Source: an uncultured delta proteobacterium
Lineage (GTDB): Bacteria > Desulfobacterota > Binatia > UBA9968
Reading direction: 5' to 3'
DNA length: 64,000 bases
Assembly (NCBI GenBank): GCA_963755715.1
Contig: CAVWLW010000052.1
Location: 64,001-128,000 of the forward strand
Of this stretch, positions 9,947 through 20,249 are shown one piece after another. The translations under genes were made by a program, and so were the position numbers. How positions within the stretch are numbered: the first letter of the stretch is position 1; each line of letters opens with the position of its first letter. Under the pieces are notes generated by a model. The model was given only the letters and a program-made list of their open reading frames with translations, was not told where the DNA came from and did not search any database.

Positions 9947-10870
9947 ATGGATTACAAAGCACTCAAATGGTCGGTGCACGATAACCCGAACAACCCTGGC
10001 GAGCCTTGCATCGGCGTCATCACGCTGAGTCGCCCCGAGAAACTCAACGCCGTCGATCCGCTCATGCGCCTTGAGCTCGATGCTTTGTGTAACGAGATCG
10101 CGCGCAACTCCATCATCAAGGTCGTGATCTTGACCGGAGAAGGGCGCGGCTTCTGCGCTGGCGGCGATCTTAAGTCCGAAGGCGACGTGCTCGGCGCCTT
10201 CGAAGGCTCCATGGGTATCACCGGCCCGTACAAGGAGATGGCGGAGTATTTTTTTAACGATCTGCGTCACCGAGTTTTGCAAAGCGCCATGCGCAAGCTC
10301 GAAGATTTGCCGCAAGTGACCATCGCCGCCATCAACGGCGCCGCGGTCGGCGTCGGCCTGGAGATGGCGACGCTCTGCGATATGCGCATCGCTTCGGACC
10401 GCGCGCGCTTCGGTGAAGTGGCCGTGCCAGCCGGCTTCGTGCCCGAAAGCGGCGGCGCGCGCAATTTGCCCAAGCTGATCGGCGTCGGCCGGGCGATGCG
10501 TCTGATTCTGACCGGCGAGATCATCGACGCCAAAGAAGCGCTGCGTATCGGTCTTGTCGAAGAAGTGGTGCCGGCTGCCAAACTTCTCGCTACGGCGTTC
10601 GCTCTTGCCGGGCGCATCGCGGCAAATCCGTATTTATCCGTGCGCCAAGCCAAGCGGTTGGTCAAAATGTATTGGAACTGGAACCGCACCGATGAAGGTT
10701 ATCAGCAGGAGCTCGACGCCGTGCTCGAAATTACCCGAACTAAAGACTGCCAAGAGGGCATGCGCGCCTTCGTGGAGAAGCGTCCGCCACGCTATACTGA
10801 TCCTTACGCTGCCGACTGGCCGTTTCCGAAAAAGAGCCCGGCAAAAAAACGAAAAAATAGCCAACGATGA
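9947..10870 (+). CDS. Enoyl-CoA hydratase/isomerase family protein
   Basis: SRPEKLNA, GFCAGGDL, IAAINGAAVGVGLEM, EGMRAFVEKR; RBS GAGGAG. Confidence 0.92.
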   Translation: MDYKALKWSVHDNPNNPGEPCIGVITLSRPEKLNAVDPLMRLELDALCNEIARNSIIKVVILTGEGRGFCAGGDLKSEGDVLGAFEGSMGITGPYKEMAEYFFNDLRHRVLQSAMRKLEDLPQVTIAAINGAAVGVGLEMATLCDMRIASDRARFGEVAVPAGFVPESGGARNLPKLIGVGRAMRLILTGEIIDAKEALRIGLVEEVVPAAKLLATAFALAGRIAANPYLSVRQAKRLVKMYWNWNRTDEGYQQELDAVLEITRTKDCQEGMRAFVEKRPPRYTDPYAADWPFPKKSPAKKRKNSQR

Positions 10871-12445
10871 CGGTTTCGCCAAGTCCCTGGCACGACTATC
10901 GAGTCGTGCCGGAGAAACTAAACCTAGCGCACGATGTGCTCGAGGCGTCGATGACGCGCGGTTGCGGTTCGCTGCCGGCGCTCATCGGCGACTTCGGAAT
11001 CGTCACGTACGAAGCATTGCAGCAAGCGCGTCAACACCGTGGCCGCCGGTTTACTCGATCTGAATTTAAAACGCGGCGATCTCGTTCTCCTCAAGATGAG
11101 TAACTCGCCGGAGTTCGCTGCCGCGTTTCTCGCTGCGGTGAAGCTCGGCATCATTCCCGTTCTGGTCAACTCTCTGCTCACCGCAGTCGAGTTGACCGCG
11201 GTACTCGAACAAACCAGACCGGAGGTGATCTTCACCGAAACATCGCGCAGCGGCGCCGTGCGCGAACTTAGCGGCAGCGGTTTGTTCAAGCACGTCGTTT
11301 GTGCAGGCGAAGCGGCGGGCAGCGAAATACCATTCGATTCGTTGGCTGCGAATTCGGCCACAGCCGTCGCCACGGCCGATACGCGGAGCGATGAGCCTGC
11401 TTTCATCGTCTACACCTCGGGCACCACCGGCAAACCGAAAGGCATCGTCCATGCCCATCGATGGATCGTCGCGCTCGGAGACTTGAACCGTTTCCGCTTG
11501 CCGCCGCAAGAGGACGACGTGGTCATGGCGACAGGCGAATGGAGTTTCATCAGCGCGCTCGGGCACAATTTGCTTTTCCCGCTGCGCAACGGCGTCGCCG
11601 GCGCCATCCTTCCCGGCCGCGCCACAGCGGAAAATGTTTTGGCTGCAATCGAGAAATACAAAGTCAGCGTCCTGCATTGCGTCGCCACCGTTTACCGTCG
11701 GTTGCTTGCCATGCCCGAATTCGAAAAGCAGCACAATTTGAAGAGCCTGCGCTGCTCTCACTCCACGGGCGAAGCTCTGCGCGAAGCAACTTATCAGGAA
11801 TGGAAACGACGCGTCGGTTCCGAGTTGTACGAACACTACGGAGTATCAGAGTATCAGCTCGTCATCGGTAACGGTGTGAGAGATCCGGTGAAACCGGGCT
11901 CCGTCGGCAAACTGCTCCCGGGAGTCGGCGTTGCGATTCTAGATGACGACTTAAAACCCGTCGCTACCGGTGAGCTCGGCCAGTTCGCGATCTCGACTTC
12001 GGATCCGGGACTGTTTCTCGGTTACTACAAAGATCGTGAACGAACCGAAGCGGTGATTCGAGAGGGCTGGTATCTTACCGGCGACCTCGCCTATCAGGAT
12101 AACGAAGGCTATTTTTTCATTGCCGGCCGGCGCGACGACTGCTTCAAAAGCCGCGGCATATTCATCTCGCCGACGGAAATCGAAAATGCCCTGCAAAAAC
12201 ATCCCGCGATCATCGAAGCCGCCGTCGTTCCCGTCGCCGACGCTGACATCGGCAATAAGATTCACGCCATCGTCGTCTTAGCCGACGGCTCCGCACCGTC
12301 AGCTGAGTTCGGCCAATCCATTCGCGAAAGCCTGCGTTTTCAAATCGCGCCTTACAAAATTCCTCACCAGATCGAGTTCAGCGAAAGTCTGCCGAAAAGC
12401 GCGATCGGAAAGATCCTTCGCGCCAGTCTAGGCAAGCCGACATAG
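10867..12445 (+). CDS. Acyl/aryl-CoA ligase (benzoate-CoA ligase-like), frameshift near 11025
   Basis: YTSGTTGKPKG AMP-binding motif, YLTGDL, LPKSAIGKI. N-terminus in ORF 10867-11103 (ATGA overlap with upstream stop), remainder in ORF 11039-12445. Confidence 0.88.
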
Positions 12446-12545
12446 CGAACCGGTTTTGTTTTTTATTCATCGATTTTTAACATACGCGGGTATAGAATAA
12501 CGCCTACCTCACGAGCTTAATTTTGCTGAACACGGAGGTACCGAA

Positions 12546-13561
12546 ATGAGCGACAGGAAAATCCGAGTCGGCATTATGGGCCTAGGGCAGATTGGCCGGC
12601 AGCTTTACCACCTCGCACTGGAAAAAGACGACATCGAAATCGTCGCCGTTGCCGACATCGGCAAACCGGAAATCATCGAGTATCTGCTCCAAAGTGACGG
12701 CATGGAGGAGCCGTCGTGCAAGCTTCAAGACAATTACCTGACTAGTAAAAAATTCCGCACGCGAATGTTCCAGCTGGCGCGGCCTGAGGAGGTTCCGTGG
12801 GATATTATGAACGTCGACTGTGTTGTCGATGCAACCGGGCGATATCGTCGTCGGCGCGATATGGAAGCGCATCTGCGCGCCGGCGCGAAGCGGGTCATTT
12901 TGGCGTCGCTTCCGTCAGAACCGATCGACCGGATCGTCATACCGGGCATCAATGAAGGCCACGCCACCGGCGCCGACAAAATGATTTCCGCCGGTTCGGC
13001 GACGACCAATGCGTTTGCGCTCTTGTTGCAATTTCTGGATCAGAGTTTGGGCGTCGACTATGCGTCGCTGACGACTGTGCATGCCTATTCGAGCGATCAG
13101 TCGCTGCAGGACTACGCCCACGAGGATTTTCGCCGCAGCCGCTCCGCGGCGGAAAATATCATTCCCAACAACAATGAGTCGGCGCGGTGGGTAGAAATGG
13201 TTCTACCGAAGTTTTCGGGAAAGTTGAGCGGTTACGCGCTCAACGTGCCAGTCCAGCGCGGATCGTTGCTGGACGTGAATTGCGTAATGCACGACGGCAC
13301 CGTGACGGTCGATCAAGTCAACGACGTCATGCGCGCCGCTGCTGCTCAGCAGCCGGACTTGATCGGTAGTCACCGATGATCCGATTGTTTCATCCGATGT
13401 CATCGGTTGCCGGCAATCCTTGCTCTTCGATTCGGCGCGCGACCATCAAAGCAGGAAAGAAAATCGTCAAAGTGCTGGCCTGGTACGAGAGCCTGGGGCA
13501 TGCATGCCGCGTGCTCGACGTGGTCCGGCAATACAGCAAGCTTGACGGAGGTGTAGCATGA
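12546..13561 (+). CDS. GAPDH-like paralog lacking catalytic Cys (frameshifts near 13368 and 13435)
   Basis: GIMGLGQIGR, DATG, TTVHAY, RSRSAAENIIP, VPV and IVSSDVIG, VLAWYE motifs; SAGSATTNA in place of SNASCTTNC. Confidence 0.85.
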
Positions 13562-14559
13562 GAGTTGCCATTAACGGATTTGGCCGAATCGGTCGCTCCG
13601 TGTTTCGTATTCTGGACAAGCGGACCGACGCCGAGCTGGTGGCGATCAACGACGTCTTCGACCACGATGCGCTGCGGTACTTGCTCAATTATGACACCGT
13701 CATGGGACGATTCTCGGGCACCTTGCGGCTCGAAGGCGATGAGTTGGTCACGTCGCACGGTCGAACCCGCATGCTGCGCGAAAAGGATCCGCTTAAATTG
13801 CCGTGGCGCGAGCTCGGCATCGACGCCGTCATAGAATCGACGGGGATATTCACCAGCAGGGAACAGCTTAGCAAACATTTGGAGGCCGGCGCCAAGCGCG
13901 TCGTGCTGACCGTGCCGGCGAAGGATGCGATCGATTATACCGTCGTGATCGGCGTTAACGATGACGGGCTCAAGCCGGAGCACCGGATGATTTCCAACGC
14001 GAGCTGCACCACCAATTGTTTGGCGCCTATGGCAAAGGTGCTCCATGATTCATTCGGTATCGTCGAAGGGGTCATCAATACGGTGCACGCTTATACGAAC
14101 GACCAGCGTCTGGCCGACGTGCCGCACTCGGACTGGCGGCGCAGCCGCGCCGCGGCAGAGAATATCATTCCAACCTCCACGGGCGCCGCGAAAGCGGTCG
14201 GCGAGGTGTTGCCGCAGCTGAAAGGCCGGCTGGACGGTATCGCCGCACGTGTGCCGGTGCCCGACGGTTCGGTGGTCGATTTGTTTGTCGAGCTGGAGAA
14301 AAGCGTCAATCCGGATGACGTTCATACCGCGATAAAATCTGCGGCGGCGTCGGAACGGATGAAAGGTATTTTGCAACTCATGGAAACGCCCGTGGTGTCG
14401 TCGGACGTGATCGGCAATTCCCACTCTTCTATTTTCGATCCGGCATTTACCAGCGTTACCGGCGGCAAATATCTAAAGTGCCTCAGTTGGTACGACAACG
14501 AGTGGGGATATTCGAATCGCGTCTGCGATTTGCTCGGTTTGCTCGCGCGGTGGGGATAG
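13558..14559 (+). CDS. gap: Type I glyceraldehyde-3-phosphate dehydrogenase
   Basis: INGFGRIGR, SNASCTTNCLAP, IIPTSTGAAKA, WYDNEWGYSNR; RBS GGAGG. Confidence 0.96.
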   Translation: MRVAINGFGRIGRSVFRILDKRTDAELVAINDVFDHDALRYLLNYDTVMGRFSGTLRLEGDELVTSHGRTRMLREKDPLKLPWRELGIDAVIESTGIFTSREQLSKHLEAGAKRVVLTVPAKDAIDYTVVIGVNDDGLKPEHRMISNASCTTNCLAPMAKVLHDSFGIVEGVINTVHAYTNDQRLADVPHSDWRRSRAAAENIIPTSTGAAKAVGEVLPQLKGRLDGIAARVPVPDGSVVDLFVELEKSVNPDDVHTAIKSAAASERMKGILQLMETPVVSSDVIGNSHSSIFDPAFTSVTGGKYLKCLSWYDNEWGYSNRVCDLLGLLARWG

Positions 14560-14687
14560 GCCGTCTCAGCGACGGCTACACACCGGCTGCATCGAGTCGG
14601 CTTCGGCTTCGTGCTCAGTTTCGATCGCGCCAACGAAGCGATCCAAGCGCGTCGAAGGCTTGATGCAGGAGCGAGACACGCATACTC

Positions 14688-15290
14688 ATGGCTTCCTGGG
14701 TCATCGCATTCATCTCCTCGACTGGCTACTTTGGTATTTTGCTACTTATGTTGGTTGAGAACGTCTTTCCACCCATTCCATCTGAATTGATCATGCCACT
14801 CGCCGGCTTCATGGTCGCTCAAAATAAACTCACATTCCTCGGTACCACCCTGGCAGGCATGGCCGGTTCTGTCATAGGCGCGTTACCGTTTTACTATGGC
14901 GGCAAAAAACTCGGTGAGGAGCGCGTGAAGCGCTTTGCTGACCAGTATGGCCGTTGGCTGACTGTATCCAGACAAGACGTTGACCGTGCGTCGCGGTGGT
15001 TCCACAAGCATGGGGGCGCCGCTGTGTTGCTGTGCCGCCTTATCCCCGGCGTGCGTTCCCTCATTTCGGTTCCCGCCGGAATCGCCGGAATGAACTTCGT
15101 GAAGTTTCTCTTCTATACGTCCTTAGGAACTGCTCTTTGGGCTGGGTTGCTGACCTATCTCGGGTATATGCTTGGAAGTAACTTCTCGAAGGTCGGCAAA
15201 TACCTCGATCCTGTGTCGTGGATCGTATTCGGCGTAATCGGCGCCTTATATCTCGTGCGAGTTCTGATGCATAAGCGAGCGCAGGCTTGA
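14688..15290 (+). CDS. DedA family membrane protein
   Basis: ENVFPPIPSELIMPLAG and CRLIPGVRSLISVPAG motifs. Confidence 0.93.
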   Translation: MASWVIAFISSTGYFGILLLMLVENVFPPIPSELIMPLAGFMVAQNKLTFLGTTLAGMAGSVIGALPFYYGGKKLGEERVKRFADQYGRWLTVSRQDVDRASRWFHKHGGAAVLLCRLIPGVRSLISVPAGIAGMNFVKFLFYTSLGTALWAGLLTYLGYMLGSNFSKVGKYLDPVSWIVFGVIGALYLVRVLMHKRAQA

Positions 15291-15310
15291 TCTCGAGGAG
15301 GGATGTGAAA

Positions 15311-16193
15311 ATGGCAGATGTACCAGGCGCTCAGATCCCAGTCACGCTGCGACCGGGACGTCCAACCGATATCAGCGCGTGCGGCAGAATTTGCTACGAG
15401 GCGTTTGAAGCCATTGCCCGCCAACATAACTTTGCTCCCGACTTTCCGTCCGTGGACGTCGCGACCGGTCTGATCACGATGCTGTTGTCACATCCGCGGT
15501 TCTTCAGCGTTGTTGCTGAAGCGAGCGGCGAGGTTGTGGGCAGCAACTTTCTCGACGAGCGCTCTGCGATCGCTGGCGTTGGCCCGATCACCGTGAATCC
15601 CAGGGTGCAGAATTTGAGGATCGGTCGCCGCCTGATGCAGGCCGTTCTCGACCGAGCCACAGAGCGAAAATTTCCAGGTGTCCGACTTTTGCAGTCCGCA
15701 TACCACAGCCGATCTCTCGCGCTCTATGCGACGATGGGTTTTTTACCTCGAGAATCCATCGCCTGCATGCAAGGCCCCGCGATCGGGGTTTTGCCGTCCG
15801 GCTATCAAGTGCGGCGGGCCGATTGAGGCGGACCTTGAAGTCTGCAATCGTGTCTGCACGTTCGTTCACGGTCATGACCGCGCTGGGGAGACGCTCGACG
15901 CGATCAAGCTGGGGACGGCGACCGTCGTGGAGCACGAGGAACGCGTGACCGGCTACGCGACGGATTTGGGCTTCCTTGCGCACGCCGTCGGCGAGACCAA
16001 CCGGGACCTGATGGCGCTGATCGGCGCTGCGTCCGCTTTCGCCGGCCCAGGCATTCTTGTGCCTCTCCGCAATGGGGCGCTATTTCAATGGTGCCTGGGC
16101 CACGGCTTACGCGTGGTACAAGTCATGACCTTGATGACGACCGGACTTTACAACGAACCGGCGGGAGCCTACTTGCCGTCCGTGCTGTATTGA
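15311..16193 (+). CDS. GNAT N-acetyltransferase (two-domain), frameshift near 15820
   Basis: VNPRVQNLRIGRRLM acetyl-CoA motif, SLALYATMGF; continuation in ORF 15678-16193 ending GAYLPSVLY. Confidence 0.82.
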
Positions 16194-16262
16194 CTGGCCT
16201 TCGACCACATTACAGGGCGGTCGACGGAATAGCTCTCAAGCACACGGTGAATGCTTGGGCTG

Positions 16263-16640
16263 CGGCGCGAATCCAAATTGACGCTGTACTGAAACGTATG
16301 CCGGGGAAATGTCCACAGTGTGGATCGAGGACTTATTTGGCCAGAACGACAATACAGACCGACCTGCTTGAAATCCAAAATATCCCATGCACGGTATGCC
16401 AGGAGTGCGGAGACGAGCAGATCGGACAACTGGTTCAGAAGAAAATCGATAAGATTCTCGACCGCGCAGCCAAAGGAAAGCTCAAAACGTACGTGGTGGT
16501 GATGTAATTGTGGAACTCGCATCTAGGTGTGGCGACACACTGGCAATTGACGTTGCCGAATCCATCCGCGCAAGCCTTGAAGTTGCCCCTAATAAAATTG
16601 CTCCAACATCGAGTTCACGAAAGTCTGCCGAAAAGCGCGA
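16263..16640 (+). repeat. Direct repeat unit A (Zn-finger gene + degenerate CoA-ligase 3' end)
   Basis: Aligns by eye with 19461-19845; final ~85 bp match 12315-12404. Confidence 0.85.
16298..16507 (+). CDS. YgiT-type zinc-finger protein, copy 1
   Basis: MPGKCPQCG...IQNIPCTVCQECGDE; near-identical to copy at 19497. Confidence 0.8.
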   Translation: MPGKCPQCGSRTYLARTTIQTDLLEIQNIPCTVCQECGDEQIGQLVQKKIDKILDRAAKGKLKTYVVVM

Positions 16641-17026
16641 CTGCTATTATCAGTTCGCAGCTCGACTTTTTCAAGCTCCCTGATTAATCTACGCAAGCTG
16701 CCCGATGCTACTGTTGGCCATCACTGAAACTCTCTAAAGAGATATTTAAAACAGCGGAGACGCAGGAACCGTACAAGGGCGTTGTAGAGTGTTTCTGTTT
16801 CTCTTCAGTCATCCTATTTTCGCCTGATCGCACTGGAATCTCATCCACGTCATTTGTTGACGCTAAAGCGCCATTATGGCCTTGAACTATTTGACTACCC
16901 GTGTGCCGGTTTTATCGTTTTGATTTCGTCTTTATCCTCAAAGTAATCGCCGCCTTCTTTTGTCAGATACTAAGAGACCAATTTTGTATCGTCCTCCGAG
17001 TCCTTCAAACATAATCGGACGGTCCA

Positions 17027-17674
17027 TTGGCAGCAGTGTCAACTCGAACGCTGGTTTCGTCATTACTTTGTCACGGCCCAGAACTCGCAACACAGGTTGC
17101 CACTATGCAGGATACGTCAAATGTCAGCAGTCAGACGGCAAAGGGTTGCAAAGTAGAAGGAGTTCGACAGATGTCTTTGGATTCATCCTCATCCCTTCTC
17201 AGTCTGAACGCTCTAATTAGTTTAACTCGTTCTTCGGGCCAGGCTCTTGTCGAATTCACGTTCACATTCTTAATTTTGCTGATTGTTGCCTGGATACCGG
17301 CAGATTTTGGGCTTGCGTTCTATAGCGGACAGCTTGCTCAGAACGCCGCGCGCGAAGGAGCCAGAATTGCGGCTGCGGATTTTACACTCGTCAGCGGAAC
17401 AACTAGCTGTGTCATGCCTTCTTGTACGGCAAACATATTTAAGGAAACCGCAGGTAGGCTTTCGTCGGCGCTCCTTCCAGCCGCTACGATCACGCTGCAA
17501 TTGGATCCCGATACCATTACAAACTGCAACCGGATGGTCACGGTCACGGTATCTGGAACTTACAACTTCTTTTTCTACCAGCTCCTACGTTGGACGGGGG
17601 TCACAACAAACCTAAACAATACGCCAATAACTCGTCAAACACGCATGAGGTGGGAGGCCCAAGCGGGATGCTAA
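17027..17674 (+). CDS. TadE-like pseudopilin (true start uncertain, probably downstream of 17027)
   Basis: GQALVEFTFTFLILLIV prepilin cleavage motif and QNAAREGARIA TadE motif. Confidence 0.8.
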   Translation: MAAVSTRTLVSSLLCHGPELATQVATMQDTSNVSSQTAKGCKVEGVRQMSLDSSSSLLSLNALISLTRSSGQALVEFTFTFLILLIVAWIPADFGLAFYSGQLAQNAAREGARIAAADFTLVSGTTSCVMPSCTANIFKETAGRLSSALLPAATITLQLDPDTITNCNRMVTVTVSGTYNFFFYQLLRWTGVTTNLNNTPITRQTRMRWEAQAGC

Positions 17675-17717
17675 CGCGTGAATTCGAAGTGGATCGCGAA
17701 AATAGGAGGACAAGCCC

Positions 17718-18236
17718 ATGAACGCTATAAGCAAAAATAGAACGATGCAAAATAATCAAAGAGGTCAGAGTATCGTAGAGATTTCACTCATTACTCCGCT
17801 TCTGCTTATCGCGTTGTATATACCCGCCGATTTCGGTGTTTCGTTTTTTATGGGTAACCTCCTTCAGACTGCGGCTCGGGAGGGAGCTCGAATCGGCAGC
17901 GGACTGCAAAAGAGCGGAAGTGTGCCCAACCTATTCTTCAGCTCGGCTGAAGCGGATACGGTGAAAACAGAAGTCATCAACCGATTGCCAGCCTATCTGA
18001 CAAACAAGACTGTCACAGTAACCTTCTACACAGGAACTGCTTGCATGGAATTCGTCGAGGTGACGGCCCAGGGTCAATACAATTTTTTCATGTATAAGTT
18101 AATACGATTGTTTGGCGGTAACGCTCCAAACTCTATCAGTATCTCTCGGACAACACAGATGCACTTCAAATATCAGCCCTACATGAACAATGACTACTGT
18201 ACGACTGCGACCACTTACGGACCCTATTCTGCTTAG
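17718..18236 (+). CDS. TadE/TadF-like pseudopilin
   Basis: RGQSIVEISLITPLLLI and AAREGARIG; RBS AGGAGG. Confidence 0.87.
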   Translation: MNAISKNRTMQNNQRGQSIVEISLITPLLLIALYIPADFGVSFFMGNLLQTAAREGARIGSGLQKSGSVPNLFFSSAEADTVKTEVINRLPAYLTNKTVTVTFYTGTACMEFVEVTAQGQYNFFMYKLIRLFGGNAPNSISISRTTQMHFKYQPYMNNDYCTTATTYGPYSA

Positions 18237-18252
18237 GTCAATGGAGGCTTAT

Positions 18253-19280
18253 ATGCAGCCGCTAAAAAATGAACAAGGTTATGCGCTCGTCTTCATGACT
18301 CTGATGATCGTTTTGCTCTTGATCATGGTCGGCATGGGGTTAGACACCGGGCATCTGGCATATGTTCGATCTCAGGGACAGCCGGCCGTGGATGCGGCCG
18401 CTCTGGCTGCCGCTTCTGCAATCCCAAGTGGAAACTGGTCGACGGTTACAGACCGAGCGGCAAAGTTTAATCCCGGCGGGACCAATCCCGGCACCGGAAA
18501 CAATTATCTAGACAGTCCGCAAGAATCAAATTAGTCAAAAGAACGTGACCCTCGTGAAATATGACAACGCGACCGGCGGATTTACCACGTCAGGAGTCAA
18601 TATCAACAATGCGAACGGAGCGCGTGTCGCATTAGAAAATACCAATCCCTACGGCGGCAGCGCTGCGCAAGCTATGAAATCGCCGCTGTTTTTAACGCCT
18701 TTACTCAATTTGTTTGGGCAATCCGCAAAAACCACGGCCGACGTAAATGTCAGCGCTGTTGCAGTGAACCAAGCTCTTCCCGGACTGCCGATCGTAGTCG
18801 TGCAAGGTCTCTGCGGCCAACCCGGGGATGTGGAGCTAGATTTTCAGTCGGGGGGCAAAAGCACCGGCGGCTGGGAAACTTACCAAATAGACAACGCCAG
18901 CAGCAGTGAGGTTCGCGACCTGTTCGACAAGCTGCCTTACTGCGCGGGCCAACCGGCAATCGATGTTGGCTATTGTGGAAATGTCGCAAACGGCGTCAAT
19001 GCAACGGTATTTAATGGCAACCTCAAACCTATGTTCAAGGCCGACCCGTCGCGTTGCTATCTGATTCCGGTGATACCGAATGGGGGCAATTTAAACCAGT
19101 GCCAAAACATCGTAGATTGGGCCAAATTTTGCCCCGCTAAAGGGAATCAACACCGCCGACGCCTTCCCGAGCCAAGGTGTGCTCAAGGGAACCGTCACTT
19201 GCGGCCAGAATGTTTTCGACTCAAGAGACAGTCTATGTTACGTTCAGCGCCTGGTTCGCGATAAAATATCCGGGATGTAG
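18253..19280 (+). CDS. TadG-like pilus-associated protein (frameshifts near 18525 and 19140)
   Basis: EQGYALVFMTLMIVLLLIMVGMGLDTG...QPAVDAAALAAA Tad N-terminus; Cys-rich C-terminal part ending CYVQRLVRDKISGM. Confidence 0.78.
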
Positions 19281-19460
19281 TGATACATTAGGCCGAGAGG
19301 ACATGATGGACGCTCCGGTCGTATTTCTGTCTCACCGGGAGATAATTTGCGCTCCAGACCGATCGTTAAGAGTCCGCTTGCGTTAGCTTTGCGATTGAAT
19401 TGAATTCTCCATCAGTAATGTCCTGCGTAAATGCAGAAGCGAGCACTTTTGCGCGATCGA

Positions 19461-19858
19461 CGGCGACGAATTTAAATTGAGGTTGCACTGAAGCCTATGC
19501 CAGGAAAATGCCCGCAGTGCGGATCAAGGACTTATTTGGCCCGAACGACAATAAAGAGCGAACTCATCGAAATCCAAAATATTCCCTGCACAGCATGCCA
19601 GGAATGCGGAGAAGAACAGATCGGACAACTGGTTCAGAAGAAAATCGATAAGATTCTCGACCGCGCAGCTAAAGGAAAACTCAAAACATGTATGGTGGTG
19701 CTGTAATCGTGAAACTTGCATCTAGGTGTGGCTACACACTGGCAGTTGAAGTTACTCAATCCATCCGCGAAAGCCTTGCTCCCAAATCGCCTTAATAAAA
19801 TTGCTCAGAACACCGAGTTCACTAAAAGTCTGCCGAAAAGCGCGATTGAAAAGATTCT
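19461..19858 (+). repeat. Direct repeat unit B (Zn-finger gene + degenerate CoA-ligase 3' end)
   Basis: Aligns with unit A; translates TEFTKSLPKSAIEKIL versus ligase IEFSESLPKSAIGKIL. Confidence 0.85.
19497..19706 (+). CDS. YgiT-type zinc-finger protein, copy 2
   Basis: MPGKCPQCG...NIPCTACQECGEE. Confidence 0.8.
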   Translation: MPGKCPQCGSRTYLARTTIKSELIEIQNIPCTACQECGEEQIGQLVQKKIDKILDRAAKGKLKTCMVVL

Positions 19859-20249
19859 GCCCGGAGAGCTAGCGAGACTAGAGTTAGCATCAAAGCGTTC
19901 TGCTGCACTAATATCGTCAGGATGAACTCATTTCATTTCTGATCTACGCTTTCAACTGAAGCGTCTTTCAGTTCACTCATCGGATCGTATTTTCCTTGAC
20001 TCGCCTCTTTCTTTTGCCCTATTTTACAGGCATATGATTTTCACGACATGACTGCCATCCGGTTTCATCTTCGGCTCGCGTTCCAAAAACGTGAGCCGGA
20101 TTCTTCAATTGTGACAAGTTTTTAGATGAGACGATTTTGATGATGAGGAGCCAAGAGCGGTCGACCGCTGATGGCTGACAGGGTATTACGTGTTGTTCAG
20201 AAATTGAACGTGCGAATACAAACGAGATCAAGACAAGAGGATATTTCCT

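Noticed and set aside
12546-13561. Calling the first gap paralog erythrose-4-phosphate dehydrogenase (epd)
   Set aside because: Epd keeps the catalytic Cys (SCTTN), which this protein lacks.
19716-19925. 69-aa ORF containing SLPKSAIEKIL
   Set aside because: Explained as a degenerate copy of the CoA-ligase 3' end, not an independent gene.
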